A DNA stretch of 64,000 bases. It comes from a virus. Made by a program: the position numbers and the translations under genes. The notes under the pieces were generated by a model. The model had not been told where the DNA came from. It searched no databases and saw nothing but the letters and a program-made list of their open reading frames with translations. Within the stretch, counting starts at the first letter, position 1; every line of letters begins with the position of its first letter. The stretch is from positions 28,083-92,082 of the IMG/VR virus record IMGVR_UViG_3300028840_008180. One strand, written 5' to 3'. Below, piece after piece: positions 46,249 to 55,598 of this stretch.

Positions 46249-47001
46249 ATGATGAATAGCGATTTCCTATTTCGTGATATTCCGATTCTCCACATAGAGC
46301 CGACGAAGTGGTATGGGTCCGCCAGAGAGCTTTTTACAGACAAGGACTTTCACAAGTACCTTCAGGAGTTTTGGCCGATCTTCGCAGCTAGGGCGAATGA
46401 TCTCTGTCTCCAGAATGGGAAGCTTGGTCAGGAATGTGGGAAGATGCGAGAGCGTGCGCTGATGTATCTCTTCTACCGCTACCTGGGGGAGGACGCCTAC
46501 CGGTGCTACCTGGACGATACCTCGATCAAGGTGAATGAGAGAGGGAAGGACACTCTGTTGTTCAACAGGGATGTGTCGATCAAGACGATTACCTCCAACG
46601 GTAGGGACTTCAGCCAACTGAAGGTTAGTTGGATTGAGGACAAGGAGATGGCGAATGAGGTGGCGAGCACCTGGAAGCCGCTGTACGACCTCCTGCTTTG
46701 TCGCCTGAAGTGGGGTTCGGATGACGAGGGAATCTACTACATCTACCAAAGAACGCAGCAGGAGGTCATAGCGGGCTCTGAGGAGGTTTTGAAGACCTCT
46801 GGCGGGTACGGAAAGGGGACTTCACTCAGCAAAGAGGTGTGCGAAAAGCTCGTCAATCACCCCGACACCTTGAAAATTCCCATCACCATGCCAGAAGAGT
46901 ACCGGGACGAGAATTTTCTCACGAGGCTATTTGACCGTATTTACTTCGAGGTGGATCGTGGCCGGTACGTCGAGCGCTACCGAATAGATGGTCGAAATTG
47001 A
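46249..47001 (+). CDS. ThaI-like PD-(D/E)xK restriction endonuclease
   Basis: K.G.E.G..RER.L and D......SIKT pattern recalled from the ThaI family. Confidence 0.55.
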   Translation: MMNSDFLFRDIPILHIEPTKWYGSARELFTDKDFHKYLQEFWPIFAARANDLCLQNGKLGQECGKMRERALMYLFYRYLGEDAYRCYLDDTSIKVNERGKDTLLFNRDVSIKTITSNGRDFSQLKVSWIEDKEMANEVASTWKPLYDLLLCRLKWGSDDEGIYYIYQRTQQEVIAGSEEVLKTSGGYGKGTSLSKEVCEKLVNHPDTLKIPITMPEEYRDENFLTRLFDRIYFEVDRGRYVERYRIDGRN

Positions 47002-47052
47002 CCTTCAGTCCCCTATATTAAGCTGACACAGTTTATTAGATGGGACTTTTCT

Positions 47053-47577
47053 ATGGTCAAACACATGCTATTTCTTAGGTGGTGGCTTTTCATCGTACTG
47101 GTAAGCCTCGGTGGCTATATTGCTTACTCTTTTGGTGTCTTTCATGAAGCCTGGGAACAGGATCAGACGAAGCTCAGTTTCGTTATCGTCGCTATTTTCA
47201 GCTTCATATCGCTTTGGTGCGGCAGCGCTACCTGGGCGGTGAGTAGAAGCTTTGGGAAGAAGGGCATTCCAGAGGAAGCTTTGAAGAAGATTGAATACGC
47301 TGAAGATACCGGTTGGTTCGTCAGCGATATGCTTCTCAACTTAGGTATGATTGGAACCGTGTGTGGGTTCATTATGATGCTGATGGGTGGCTTTGGCGGC
47401 GTTGATGTAGCAAACCCTGCCTCGGTTCAGACAATGCTGTCGAAGCTGAGTGCTGGTATGGCTACTGCGCTGTACACCACTTTGGCTGGATTGATCACAT
47501 GCGTGTTACTCAAGATGCAATGCTTCAACCTTGGTCAGGGCATTGAGAAACTGAGGGCGGATGAAACGATCAAGTAA
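47053..47577 (+). CDS. MotA/TolQ/ExbB proton-channel family protein
   Basis: LGMIGTV.G and GM.TALYTTL.GL; 4 hydrophobic segments. Confidence 0.88.
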   Translation: MVKHMLFLRWWLFIVLVSLGGYIAYSFGVFHEAWEQDQTKLSFVIVAIFSFISLWCGSATWAVSRSFGKKGIPEEALKKIEYAEDTGWFVSDMLLNLGMIGTVCGFIMMLMGGFGGVDVANPASVQTMLSKLSAGMATALYTTLAGLITCVLLKMQCFNLGQGIEKLRADETIK

Positions 47578-48232
47578 ATATCGACAATACCACTCGTGGA
47601 CAGCGTTTCTGGACTTGCTGTTTAATACGTTGCTCGCTTTTGCAGCGTTTTTTATGTTGGCGTTCCTATTGGTGAACCCAAAGGTCAAGTTTGACAAGAA
47701 CGTTGAAGCGAAAGCCGAGGTCATCATCACGGTGACGTGGCCTAAGGAGAATCACGACGACGTGGACACCTACGTCGAGGACCCAATCGGTGCCCTCGTA
47801 TTCTTCCAACGCAAGGAAGACGGGTTGATGCACCTGGATCGAGATGACCTGGGGCACGATAACGACTACATCAACACCCCCGCTGGTAGATTCAAGTACG
47901 ATGAGAACCGTGAGATAGTGACCCTTCGGGGTCTTATTCCGGGGGAGTACACGATAAATGTCCATATGTACTCGAAGCGAGACCAGGGCCCGGTAGAGGT
48001 TACGGTTATGCTGGAAAAGATCAACCCCTCATTGAAGCTTTATGGTATGCGAGCGGTGACCCTTACGAACCATGGAGATGAAGAGACAGCTTTCCGATTC
48101 ACAATCGACAAAGATGGGGAAATCACGAATATTTCTCACCTGAAGAAGGTGTTGGCTGGTCCTAGAGTGCAACAGTCGCCAATCGATTCGGACCACGGTG
48201 AGGAAAGGTATGAAGGAGAGCCCGGCGAATGA
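47561..48232 (+). CDS. ExbD/MotB-like partner protein
   Basis: F.DLLFN transmembrane helix with conserved Asp; beta-rich domain (W....D.D.YV, GEY.INVH.Y). Confidence 0.7.
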   Translation: MKRSSKYRQYHSWTAFLDLLFNTLLAFAAFFMLAFLLVNPKVKFDKNVEAKAEVIITVTWPKENHDDVDTYVEDPIGALVFFQRKEDGLMHLDRDDLGHDNDYINTPAGRFKYDENREIVTLRGLIPGEYTINVHMYSKRDQGPVEVTVMLEKINPSLKLYGMRAVTLTNHGDEETAFRFTIDKDGEITNISHLKKVLAGPRVQQSPIDSDHGEERYEGEPGE

Positions 48233-49008
48233 TTCCACTGTTTCGAGAACTGATCGTTGAACTCAATTCCGACTGCAATCGGGATTGCTTCTTCTGCCCC
48301 AGACATAGTGACAATACCGGTCACCGAAAGTTCCATGGAAAGAAGATCGTACAATTCATGCCCACTGAATTGGTCCAGAAGATTCTGGGCGAAGCCAAGG
48401 AGATGGGCTTCAAGGGATACGTAACCTTCCATCACTTCAGCGAACCGTTTCTCGATCCTCGACTCATCGAGTTTGCCAAGCTAGCGAAATTGTATGGGAT
48501 GCACCCGTTTGAGCACACCAACGGGGACCTCCTCCGCAAGAACGATGAGTTGTGCGAGCAAGTGAAGGAAACCTTTGCCCACATCGTTGTTGGTCTGTAC
48601 GACCATTGTAGTGAGGAGGAGCGGGAGGAGCAGAAGAAATTTTGGCTTGAGCGACTAGCTGGCATGAAAGTTTTGTTTAGCTGTGTCGATGATGTATTCG
48701 TGCGGTCTCACTACACCGAGAAGAACCTGGATGGTTTCCAGAGTAAGAAGGGTATTCGACCATCCAAGCCCAAATGGCCCAACGGCAAGTGTAGCAACCC
48801 TGGATTGAAGATGCTCATCCACTATACCGGTAAGATGGCACTCTGTTGTGAGGATATGTGTGAGGAGTTCGATCTCGGAAGTGCCCACGACACGTCTATT
48901 TGGGACCTCTGGTACTCAGAGAAGCATGTCAAGATATATCAGAACCTTCAGGAGGGGAAGCGGCACATGTATCCCCTGTGCTCGCAATGCCCGATTACAC
49001 CGTTTTAG
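48229..49008 (+). CDS. radical SAM protein with SPASM/Twitch domain
   Basis: CNRDCFFC, EPFL, TNG, C-terminal C...CC.D...C..C. Confidence 0.88.
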   Translation: MIPLFRELIVELNSDCNRDCFFCPRHSDNTGHRKFHGKKIVQFMPTELVQKILGEAKEMGFKGYVTFHHFSEPFLDPRLIEFAKLAKLYGMHPFEHTNGDLLRKNDELCEQVKETFAHIVVGLYDHCSEEEREEQKKFWLERLAGMKVLFSCVDDVFVRSHYTEKNLDGFQSKKGIRPSKPKWPNGKCSNPGLKMLIHYTGKMALCCEDMCEEFDLGSAHDTSIWDLWYSEKHVKIYQNLQEGKRHMYPLCSQCPITPF

Positions 49009-49016
49009 GAGGAGTG

Positions 49017-49250
49017 ATGTGGAAACCTGATAAGTACGATGATCCTATTGAGCTTACCTTGGTCAAGATGAATGGGACGTATTGGGCACTGAACGACGAT
49101 GATTTCGATCACTGCTCGAACTGCGCCTCGGATTATAGCCACTCCCAGAACGCAGAGATACGAGCATTGGCCGACAAGTTCGAGTACCTAGGAACAATTC
49201 GTATTCCGAAAGCATACTTTGAAGATGAAAGTGGCCCGTATGTGGCCTAA
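49017..49250 (+). CDS. hypothetical protein
   Basis: AGGAGG RBS before MWKPDK. Confidence 0.6.
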   Translation: MWKPDKYDDPIELTLVKMNGTYWALNDDDFDHCSNCASDYSHSQNAEIRALADKFEYLGTIRIPKAYFEDESGPYVA

Positions 49251-49262
49251 GATGGAGGAAGC

Positions 49263-49931
49263 ATGATTAGTGCATTCGACGCTATTGGACTTACAGCGAT
49301 GTTCGTGATTTGCGCATCGTTACTGTTGTGGATCATTATTGGCGCAAAGGGTTGGTGGTGGTTGAAGCTACCCGTCATTGCACTCACGCTCTACTTTGGT
49401 GTTGCTGTGTGGTACAGCGTGGATTCCTACCTTGGCTGGCCGTCGAAACACGATCCGCCACGTCTATTCCAGGTCAACTGGGTGATTGTGGACGAACCCG
49501 CAAAGGGAACTTCCGACCCTGGTGCTATCTACGTTCTCCTAACGAAGCTCGACCACCCCGACGACAAGAAGCAAGCGGAGTCTAGTTGGAGTAAGTATCT
49601 GTCGATCTTAGGCTATGTCGGAAGCAAGGATTCGCCCCGACTCTACCAAGTGCCCTACAGCAGGCCGCTACACGAGAAGATGGCCAAAGTCCAGGGAATG
49701 CTCATGAAGGGTAAGTTCGTTATGGGCGAGTTCACGAAAGGTAAAGGTATGGGCCAACCCGGAAACGGAGACGGTGAAGGTGACGGTAAGGGCAACGGTA
49801 AAGGTGAGGGAGAAGACGGTAAGAAGGGTAAAGGAAAAGGTTACAGAGGTGATAACTGGGGTATGGGAGATTGGCATTTCTATCAGTTACCACCACCAAA
49901 GCACATCCCGAAAATTGATGGGGGTGGATAA
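49263..49931 (+). CDS. membrane protein, probably the third member of the MotA-like module
   Basis: 2 transmembrane segments, LGWP, PR.Y..PYS..LH, Gly-rich linker, FY.LPPP. Confidence 0.7.
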   Translation: MISAFDAIGLTAMFVICASLLLWIIIGAKGWWWLKLPVIALTLYFGVAVWYSVDSYLGWPSKHDPPRLFQVNWVIVDEPAKGTSDPGAIYVLLTKLDHPDDKKQAESSWSKYLSILGYVGSKDSPRLYQVPYSRPLHEKMAKVQGMLMKGKFVMGEFTKGKGMGQPGNGDGEGDGKGNGKGEGEDGKKGKGKGYRGDNWGMGDWHFYQLPPPKHIPKIDGGG

Positions 49932-50021
49932 ATAGAGTACTGGGGATTTTCGGACTCCAAAGAACCTAGGGTATGGGCAAGCAGGTTGACGCCCGGCCCG
50001 CAACGAAAAAGGGAGGTAGAT

Positions 50022-50546
50022 ATGACATCACTTCCAGGTTTTAGGGATGCGTTTTTCGCACCCGTACACGATGAGTTTAATAGGCTCTTTGACCAATTTT
50101 TTGGTCCCGATAGTCTTCACGCAGTCCGGAGCAAGGGCCGCTCCGGTTACCCGAAATTGGACGTTATTGAAACGGATCGAGAGTACGTGGTAGAAGTCGA
50201 GGTGCCAGGAGTTGACCCCGACCAGTTGGCGGTCGAAATCGTTCCTTTCGAGGACGATCAAGAGTTCGTCACAACGTCAGGTCACAAAATGACACTTAGC
50301 GGCAGAAAGGTCCTGAGACTTAGTGGAAAGAAGGATTACAATTATCAGTACCCAGAAGGTACTACGTGGCACATGAAGGAGATGCGTCGATCTAAGTTTA
50401 CAAGGGAAGTGGTCCTTCCTGAGTACCTTTCCGATGCCGAACCGGATGCTACATACGAGAAAGGTGTACTGAAACTCGTATTCGAGAAGCCGGTATCGTT
50501 GAAGAAGCCTGAGCCCAAGACGATTCCTATCACTAAGAAGGCGTAA
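50022..50546 (+). CDS. Hsp20/alpha-crystallin small heat-shock protein
   Basis: P.LDV.ET, EVPGV, F.R...LP, A.Y..GVL. Confidence 0.92.
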   Translation: MTSLPGFRDAFFAPVHDEFNRLFDQFFGPDSLHAVRSKGRSGYPKLDVIETDREYVVEVEVPGVDPDQLAVEIVPFEDDQEFVTTSGHKMTLSGRKVLRLSGKKDYNYQYPEGTTWHMKEMRRSKFTREVVLPEYLSDAEPDATYEKGVLKLVFEKPVSLKKPEPKTIPITKKA

Positions 50547-50584
50547 AGCCTAACTCAAATCCTGCGACCGGAATGAACCAGCAA

Positions 50585-50623
50585 AACCGCTCTAAGAGAT
50601 GTTATCTTAGAGCGGTTTTTTTT
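50585..50623 (+). terminator. intrinsic terminator
   Basis: AACCGCTCTAAGA...TCTTAGAGCGG followed by T8. Confidence 0.88.
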
Positions 50624-50661
50624 GTATGACCGTGCTAAATACCCCAAGACCAGGAGATATC

Positions 50662-51273
50662 ATGCGAAAGACTTTTTTCGAGTGGATTAGTAATAGGACC
50701 GGTGAGTTGTTAAATGAGGATGAGCGGTATGCGGCAGTTCAACCTATGCGAGCCGCCTCTAAAGGAGTTCAGCAAGCGGTCGAAGCGTTGATGACCGCTC
50801 TCGACACCGCCGCAAAATTTGACCGAACTAATCGAGTGGCGACATTAGTCCAACAGTTTCGGTCCAAGGTATGGGAACAAGACAGTCAGGGTAATTATCT
50901 ATTAGAATTGATAGGTCAATACCCAGAAAATGTCCCCCCAAATTATGTTAATACATTGACAGCAGCGGTGCGTGATATTCTTGCCATGGGTCGTGGGCCT
51001 GCTCAGGGCGGCGCAAGGGGTGGTGAGGAGTTGTGGGGCCTACCCCCGGAACAAGCCCAACCACTTAGAGACGCATTGAAGAATGCCCGACAGGTCCTTA
51101 GTGGTTTCCAGAAAGCTCTCGACGCATTCAATACTGCTTATGGTAGATCGGGAGCAGCGCCTGCCGCACCTGCCGCACCTGCCGCACCTGCCGCACCTGC
51201 CGCCCAAGGCTATCGACCAGCAGGCCAAGCTCAACCTCAAGCCCCAGCTACGCAAGTGGCCCAACAGGCATAA
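50662..51273 (+). CDS. hypothetical protein with capsid-targeting-like N-terminus and PAA repeats
   Basis: TAAATA and AGGAG upstream; MRKTFFEW...LLNE; 9-bp CCTGCCGCA repeats at about 51160-51203. Confidence 0.75.
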   Translation: MRKTFFEWISNRTGELLNEDERYAAVQPMRAASKGVQQAVEALMTALDTAAKFDRTNRVATLVQQFRSKVWEQDSQGNYLLELIGQYPENVPPNYVNTLTAAVRDILAMGRGPAQGGARGGEELWGLPPEQAQPLRDALKNARQVLSGFQKALDAFNTAYGRSGAAPAAPAAPAAPAAPAAQGYRPAGQAQPQAPATQVAQQA

Positions 51274-51310
51274 GGTTTAACTCGAATCCTGTGATCGAAA
51301 TGAATCACCG

Positions 51311-51353
51311 CCAGCCGCCCAAGATAACATCTCTTGAGCGGCTGGTTTTTTTT
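51311..51353 (+). terminator. intrinsic terminator
   Basis: CCAGCCGC...GCGGCTGG followed by T8. Confidence 0.88.
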
Positions 51354-51406
51354 GTTCAAGATTCTTTCCTAGGATGTCGATGTAAGTGGTATGGAAGGAG
51401 GTTAAC

Positions 51407-51511
51407 ATGGGATTTGTAGCAGGCGTTCTAGTGACGTTGTTTGTTGTCGGCATCATTGCCGTGATTGCTTACATTTGGATCATCATCAAGATGATGGATA
51501 TGATGCCGTAA
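51407..51511 (+). CDS. 34-aa membrane peptide
   Basis: AAGGAGG RBS; sigma28-like promoter at 51356-51383. Confidence 0.65.
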   Translation: MGFVAGVLVTLFVVGIIAVIAYIWIIIKMMDMMP

Positions 51512-51562
51512 GAACCACCACCTTCCACGCCTAGCGTGGAAGGTGGTGGTGGCGTCTTCACC

Positions 51563-51611
51563 CCCTACTCATCCGGCGCAGGGCCTACCTCAGGGGTGAT
51601 GCCATTCAAGA
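51563..51611. repeat. direct repeat, copy 1 (copy 2 at 53555-53602)
   Basis: CCCTACTCATCCGGCG...GCCTACCTCAGG.GTG.TGCCATTC.AGA in both copies. Confidence 0.85.
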
Positions 51612-51681
51612 TAACTGCGGGCCACATAACAAGTTACGTCAAAATGCCCGTACCCTTAAAGGATTTTTGGGTAGGTTGCCC

Positions 51682-51796
51682 TTGACAACCATTGGCAGTT
51701 TGGCTATATTCAGAGATTACCGTCAAAACTGGGTAAATCGCTTAGAAAAAAAAGACGGTAAAGTACTTGACAAGTTTCCCAATATTAACCTAGAAT
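51682..51796 (+). promoter_or_regulatory. two tandem sigma70-like promoters
   Basis: TTGACA-N17-TATATT and TTGACA-N18-TAGAAT. Confidence 0.7.
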
Positions 51797-51810
51797 TGGA
51801 GAATACTCTG

Positions 51811-52266
51811 ATGAACTTCTTAGAAGCCGTGGATAGGATTGCGGCGCTGATGGAACAGTACCGTGATCACCAGCATTCTGATGACGGGTATTTGACGAAG
51901 CGGGAGGCGCTGGTTCTTTCGGCCCTTGAAGAGGGCGATTTAGGAATCACGCAGATCGTTGAAAAGTTGAGTGCCACAAGTACGATCAGTGAAGCGGCGG
52001 TTAGTAACATCTTGAAGCGACTTTTTGCGGAAAAGGGTTACGTCAAGAAGTACATCAGTCCGAAGAATCAGCGGATCAAGATGGTTCGTTTGATGAAGAA
52101 GGGCCGTGATGCATTGGAACGTGATCGACAACATCGACAGGAGCGGTTTGAGGCCCTTCGTGCGGCGATGAATTTAACGCCCGACGAGGAGCGATTTGCT
52201 GTTAAGCTCCTTCTGCGGGCGATAAAGGCGTTTGGCAAACTGGGAAAAACCGACGTAGTGAGTTGA
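51811..52266 (+). CDS. MarR-family winged-helix regulator
   Basis: LT.RE..VL..L, S.AAVS..LKRL...GYV......N.R...V.L..KGR. Confidence 0.85.
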   Translation: MNFLEAVDRIAALMEQYRDHQHSDDGYLTKREALVLSALEEGDLGITQIVEKLSATSTISEAAVSNILKRLFAEKGYVKKYISPKNQRIKMVRLMKKGRDALERDRQHRQERFEALRAAMNLTPDEERFAVKLLLRAIKAFGKLGKTDVVS

Positions 52267-52320
52267 GGAATGTTCCTTAGGCTCATTACGTCCTCATTCT
52301 TTATCTTTGGGGAGATCGAA

Positions 52321-53508
52321 ATGAGCCGTCATCTTGCGTGGGTTGCATTGATTGCGTTGGCCCTTGGGTGCAATCAAGAAGAGCCGCCGATTAAACCATC
52401 CGAAAAGGAACCACTGGCTGATATTGTTGAAACCAGTGAACGTGGGCTTCAAGATGTCGCTAGGGTCATTGCAAAGTTTGAAGATGGCAGAGATGCTATC
52501 CTTGACCGGATCGAGTCTTTGGGGGTCAAGAATGCTGCCGATTTGAGTACTAATCCCGATGCTATGATTTTAGCGAGGGAACTTGTAGAACTGGTTGATC
52601 ATCTTGACCAGACCTTGAAGTGCTATGAAGAACTCAAATCAATGGGTTTTGAAGCTGCTTCGGCCAAACGTAGGTTGGCAGCATCCTCTGCTATGAAAAA
52701 CGTGGATACCTGGGCGGGGGTTGTAGACGCAAGTAATACAGAATTGCGAAGAACTATGAAAGATCACGACATCATCATATTTGATGATGAAGTTGGCGAG
52801 ATACTCGAATCGGAGTTAGAAAAGCGTAAAGAGCGACATCAGTTAGAGTTGGAAAAACGTCGTAAAGAGGAAGAGTATCGTCGCCGTAAAGAATTGGCAA
52901 AGCAACGCCAGTTGGAAGAAGATCGCCGCCGAAGGGAGTTGGCTGACCAACGCCAGCGGGAGGAAGAGGATCAACGCCGCAAGGAATTGGCGAAGCAACG
53001 CCAGTTAGAAGATGATCGCCACCGAGCGGTCGGTTTGGACGCCTTTGTTGATTTTTTCCGCCAGTTCCCACCAAGAAAAGCTCACGCCGTCGTTGAAGTG
53101 GGTGAATTAACGAAGCAACAGGAGGAAGGATGCCCCACCAAATGTTGTATCCCTGGTGTATTTGCGATTAACAGAACAAATATCAATATCACCCAAAAAA
53201 ATTCTCCCAATTCAACGATCAACATTAGGGTGGGAGGATCGGCACCTATGGGGTCGCCATATACGGGCGGTGGTCATATCATAGCTGTCGTACCTAGTGA
53301 CGAAACATTTTACTGGGCCGAACAATGTAAGCAACTACAGGGTGCGTATAACGAACTGGTACGGATACAAGTGTACTACCGTAGTAGGGGATATATTGAA
53401 TCGATGTCACATAGGAAAAAACAAAAGGAAGTATGGGATCAATGGAGGCATGCTTACAACAAATATTGTGAGTCGGTCAAACGTCGTACATTGGAGTATA
53501 AGGGGTAA
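52321..53508 (+). CDS. lipoprotein with charged coiled-coil repeats
   Basis: ALGC lipobox; RRKELAKQRQLEED x3. Confidence 0.75.
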   Translation: MSRHLAWVALIALALGCNQEEPPIKPSEKEPLADIVETSERGLQDVARVIAKFEDGRDAILDRIESLGVKNAADLSTNPDAMILARELVELVDHLDQTLKCYEELKSMGFEAASAKRRLAASSAMKNVDTWAGVVDASNTELRRTMKDHDIIIFDDEVGEILESELEKRKERHQLELEKRRKEEEYRRRKELAKQRQLEEDRRRRELADQRQREEEDQRRKELAKQRQLEDDRHRAVGLDAFVDFFRQFPPRKAHAVVEVGELTKQQEEGCPTKCCIPGVFAINRTNINITQKNSPNSTINIRVGGSAPMGSPYTGGGHIIAVVPSDETFYWAEQCKQLQGAYNELVRIQVYYRSRGYIESMSHRKKQKEVWDQWRHAYNKYCESVKRRTLEYKG

Positions 53509-53554
53509 AGAAACGCCCTTCCGCCTATAGGTGGAAGGGCGTTATGCGACCACT

Positions 53555-53602
53555 CCCTACTCATCCGGCGTGAGCCTACCTCAGGAGTGGTGCCATTCGA
53601 GA
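53555..53602. repeat. direct repeat, copy 2
   Basis: Matches 51563-51611. Confidence 0.85.
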
Positions 53603-53943
53603 CGACCGCAGCGATCCTTTCGGATTTCGCATGGTTTGAGGGCGTCTTTGGGAACGAAGAGGATTACTTCGTCGCCGATGCCCTCCATATCGCAGGAGAA
53701 CACCCTGATGAGCCATCCGCCATCGGTGGCCTGGACGTTCAGTTCCTGCATGTAGAACCGAGCCTGCCAGCCGAAGGCTCGCAGGTCGTCGTCCGTGACC
53801 TTGGGGTAAAGTTGCTCTCCTCTCCGGTTTTGAGATTCGAGCGTGGTCATGGCGGACCATAGGTTAATGGGCGCAACCATGGTGTAGTTGGGGTCTTTGG
53901 GCTGGGGCTTATCCTCCAGCCACTCGTCAGCGAGCCATTTCAT
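53581..53943 (-). CDS. hypothetical protein
   Basis: GGAGG RBS. Confidence 0.7.
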   Translation of the reverse strand: MKWLADEWLEDKPQPKDPNYTMVAPINLWSAMTTLESQNRRGEQLYPKVTDDDLRAFGWQARFYMQELNVQATDGGWLIRVFSCDMEGIGDEVILFVPKDALKPCEIRKDRCGRLEWHHS

Positions 53944-53960
53944 GTAATGGCCTCCGGGGT

Positions 53961-54587
53961 TTAGCGGTACAGTTGATGCACCGAACAGTATGGTGCAAAC
54001 TCATCGTTATTCTTTCGGGTTACTCTGGCTTCGTAGCTAAGGTCAAACATCGGGTTGGCGTGGTCCTCTGCGAGTTGTTTGCGCACGTTTTGCAACTCCT
54101 TCCACATCCTCACAGCGCCAATCTTTCTGGGGTCGGCCCGCAACTTATCTTGCCACGGGTCGGGTTCGTCCCGATCAGACCAAACCGTCCTCTCTTGAAT
54201 CACCCACCACCAATCGGGATCGTTTCTAGCATGGTAGTCTTCACGCTCTTGAATCGCTTGCTGAATGGTCCAACGACGTGGACCCAACATGCGTTCATTA
54301 TGTTCTTGTACCACGACGGCACCTTCGAGTCGGATTCCGCAGATGGGGCAGAAGTTGAAGTGCGGGTGGTAGATCGGGGTCTCACGATCTTTCATGTAAT
54401 AGGGAACTTTCTTCCCGTCAACGGTTTTGGTGTAAGTCCTCACACCTTCACCAGGGCCGTCAACCTCCTCGAACCACTGGTACCATCCTGGTTCGCTTCG
54501 GCCATCCCATTGGCCTTTGCATTGGAGGCACTGATAGAGGGCACAGCCGTCGTCGGTATATCGCACATATCGCCATAGTGGAGGCAT
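53961..54587 (-). CDS. Zn-ribbon hypothetical protein
   Basis: CLQC...FCPICG; AGGAAGG RBS. Confidence 0.7.
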   Translation of the reverse strand: MPPLWRYVRYTDDGCALYQCLQCKGQWDGRSEPGWYQWFEEVDGPGEGVRTYTKTVDGKKVPYYMKDRETPIYHPHFNFCPICGIRLEGAVVVQEHNERMLGPRRWTIQQAIQEREDYHARNDPDWWWVIQERTVWSDRDEPDPWQDKLRADPRKIGAVRMWKELQNVRKQLAEDHANPMFDLSYEARVTRKNNDEFAPYCSVHQLYR

Positions 54588-54803
54588 TTGGTCACCCTTC
54601 CTTTCTGGCGGGGAGTAGAGCAAGTGCCGTGCCAAAAGTCGAAAAACCCTATTTTGGCGTGCAAAAATGTGCAAAATGGGGCATTAGGCGTAACAAATTA
54701 GCCGCAAGCGTAACGAATGTTCCGGAAAACAGAACTGGGGATGTGGAAGCACAAATCGATTTGTCCACAAGAAATCTTCTCAAAGATACAAACAATCTTG
54801 TGC

Positions 54804-55598
54804 TCATGGCTGGAGATATCTGACGATCCACAGATTCTCGGGGCGGAACCGTAGTTCCTTTTCATAGGGGATATGCTCTGGTTGAGCGTCCTTGCGAGCG
54901 GCGACTTGAATAATAGCGACTTGGCTGGGGTCGATCTCACGCATTTGTTCAAAGCTTCCCGTGAAACCTATCACCCCCATCTCATAAGCAGGTTGATCTC
55001 CACCTTCTGAGCTTGTGATGGTGGTTTCTAACTCTTGGAACAAGCTGTATATCTGTTTGGGTGTTTTAATATATTGGTTGATTAGTGAGGAGTCACCCCA
55101 TTCAATTTTTTCAATTACACTCTTGGGTAAGCCATAGTCTTCTAATATACCGAATAGTTCGCCTTCGAGTTCTTCATCATGTGGATCAATCCGTCCTAGC
55201 ATGCTATCCCACACGGTTGACGCTGGAACTTGTCCTTGAACTAGCTCTGCCACAAATTTGATTTCTTCGTAGATTTGTTGTGCTCGATACCAGTCGTAGG
55301 TTACAGAAATAAGGTCCGGAGCCTCGCTCATTGGACCACCGCCCAGGCCAACTTTTCCTCCAAGTTCCCTTCTACTCTTCAGTCTTCCCGATTGGCGGAC
55401 GGCGTCGATAGCTGTTGTGACATGGTAGAGATTCTGTTCTTCTGGGGGTGCCTCTTCCATTTCGGGATCGATCACGTTGGGGTCGACAAACTCCCCCGCT
55501 TTTCTTTGAACCCCTGGTTCATGGGTGAATGGAAACTCCTTCTGCCTTCCGCCGAGGAGCGACTTCCACTTCGCTTCTAACCACAACTTGAAGTTCAT
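54804..55598 (-). CDS. putative ADP-ribosyltransferase-fold protein with capsid-targeting-like N-terminus
   Basis: MNFKLWLE; LYHVT...G.L, ISVT.D, E.E near the C-terminus. Confidence 0.55.
   Translation of the reverse strand: MNFKLWLEAKWKSLLGGRQKEFPFTHEPGVQRKAGEFVDPNVIDPEMEEAPPEEQNLYHVTTAIDAVRQSGRLKSRRELGGKVGLGGGPMSEAPDLISVTYDWYRAQQIYEEIKFVAELVQGQVPASTVWDSMLGRIDPHDEELEGELFGILEDYGLPKSVIEKIEWGDSSLINQYIKTPKQIYSLFQELETTITSSEGGDQPAYEMGVIGFTGSFEQMREIDPSQVAIIQVAARKDAQPEHIPYEKELRFRPENLWIVRYLQP

Noticed and set aside
47053-48232. Zorya defence system (ZorAB)
   Set aside because: No long ZorA tail, no OmpA-like domain in the partner, and no zorC/D/E nearby.
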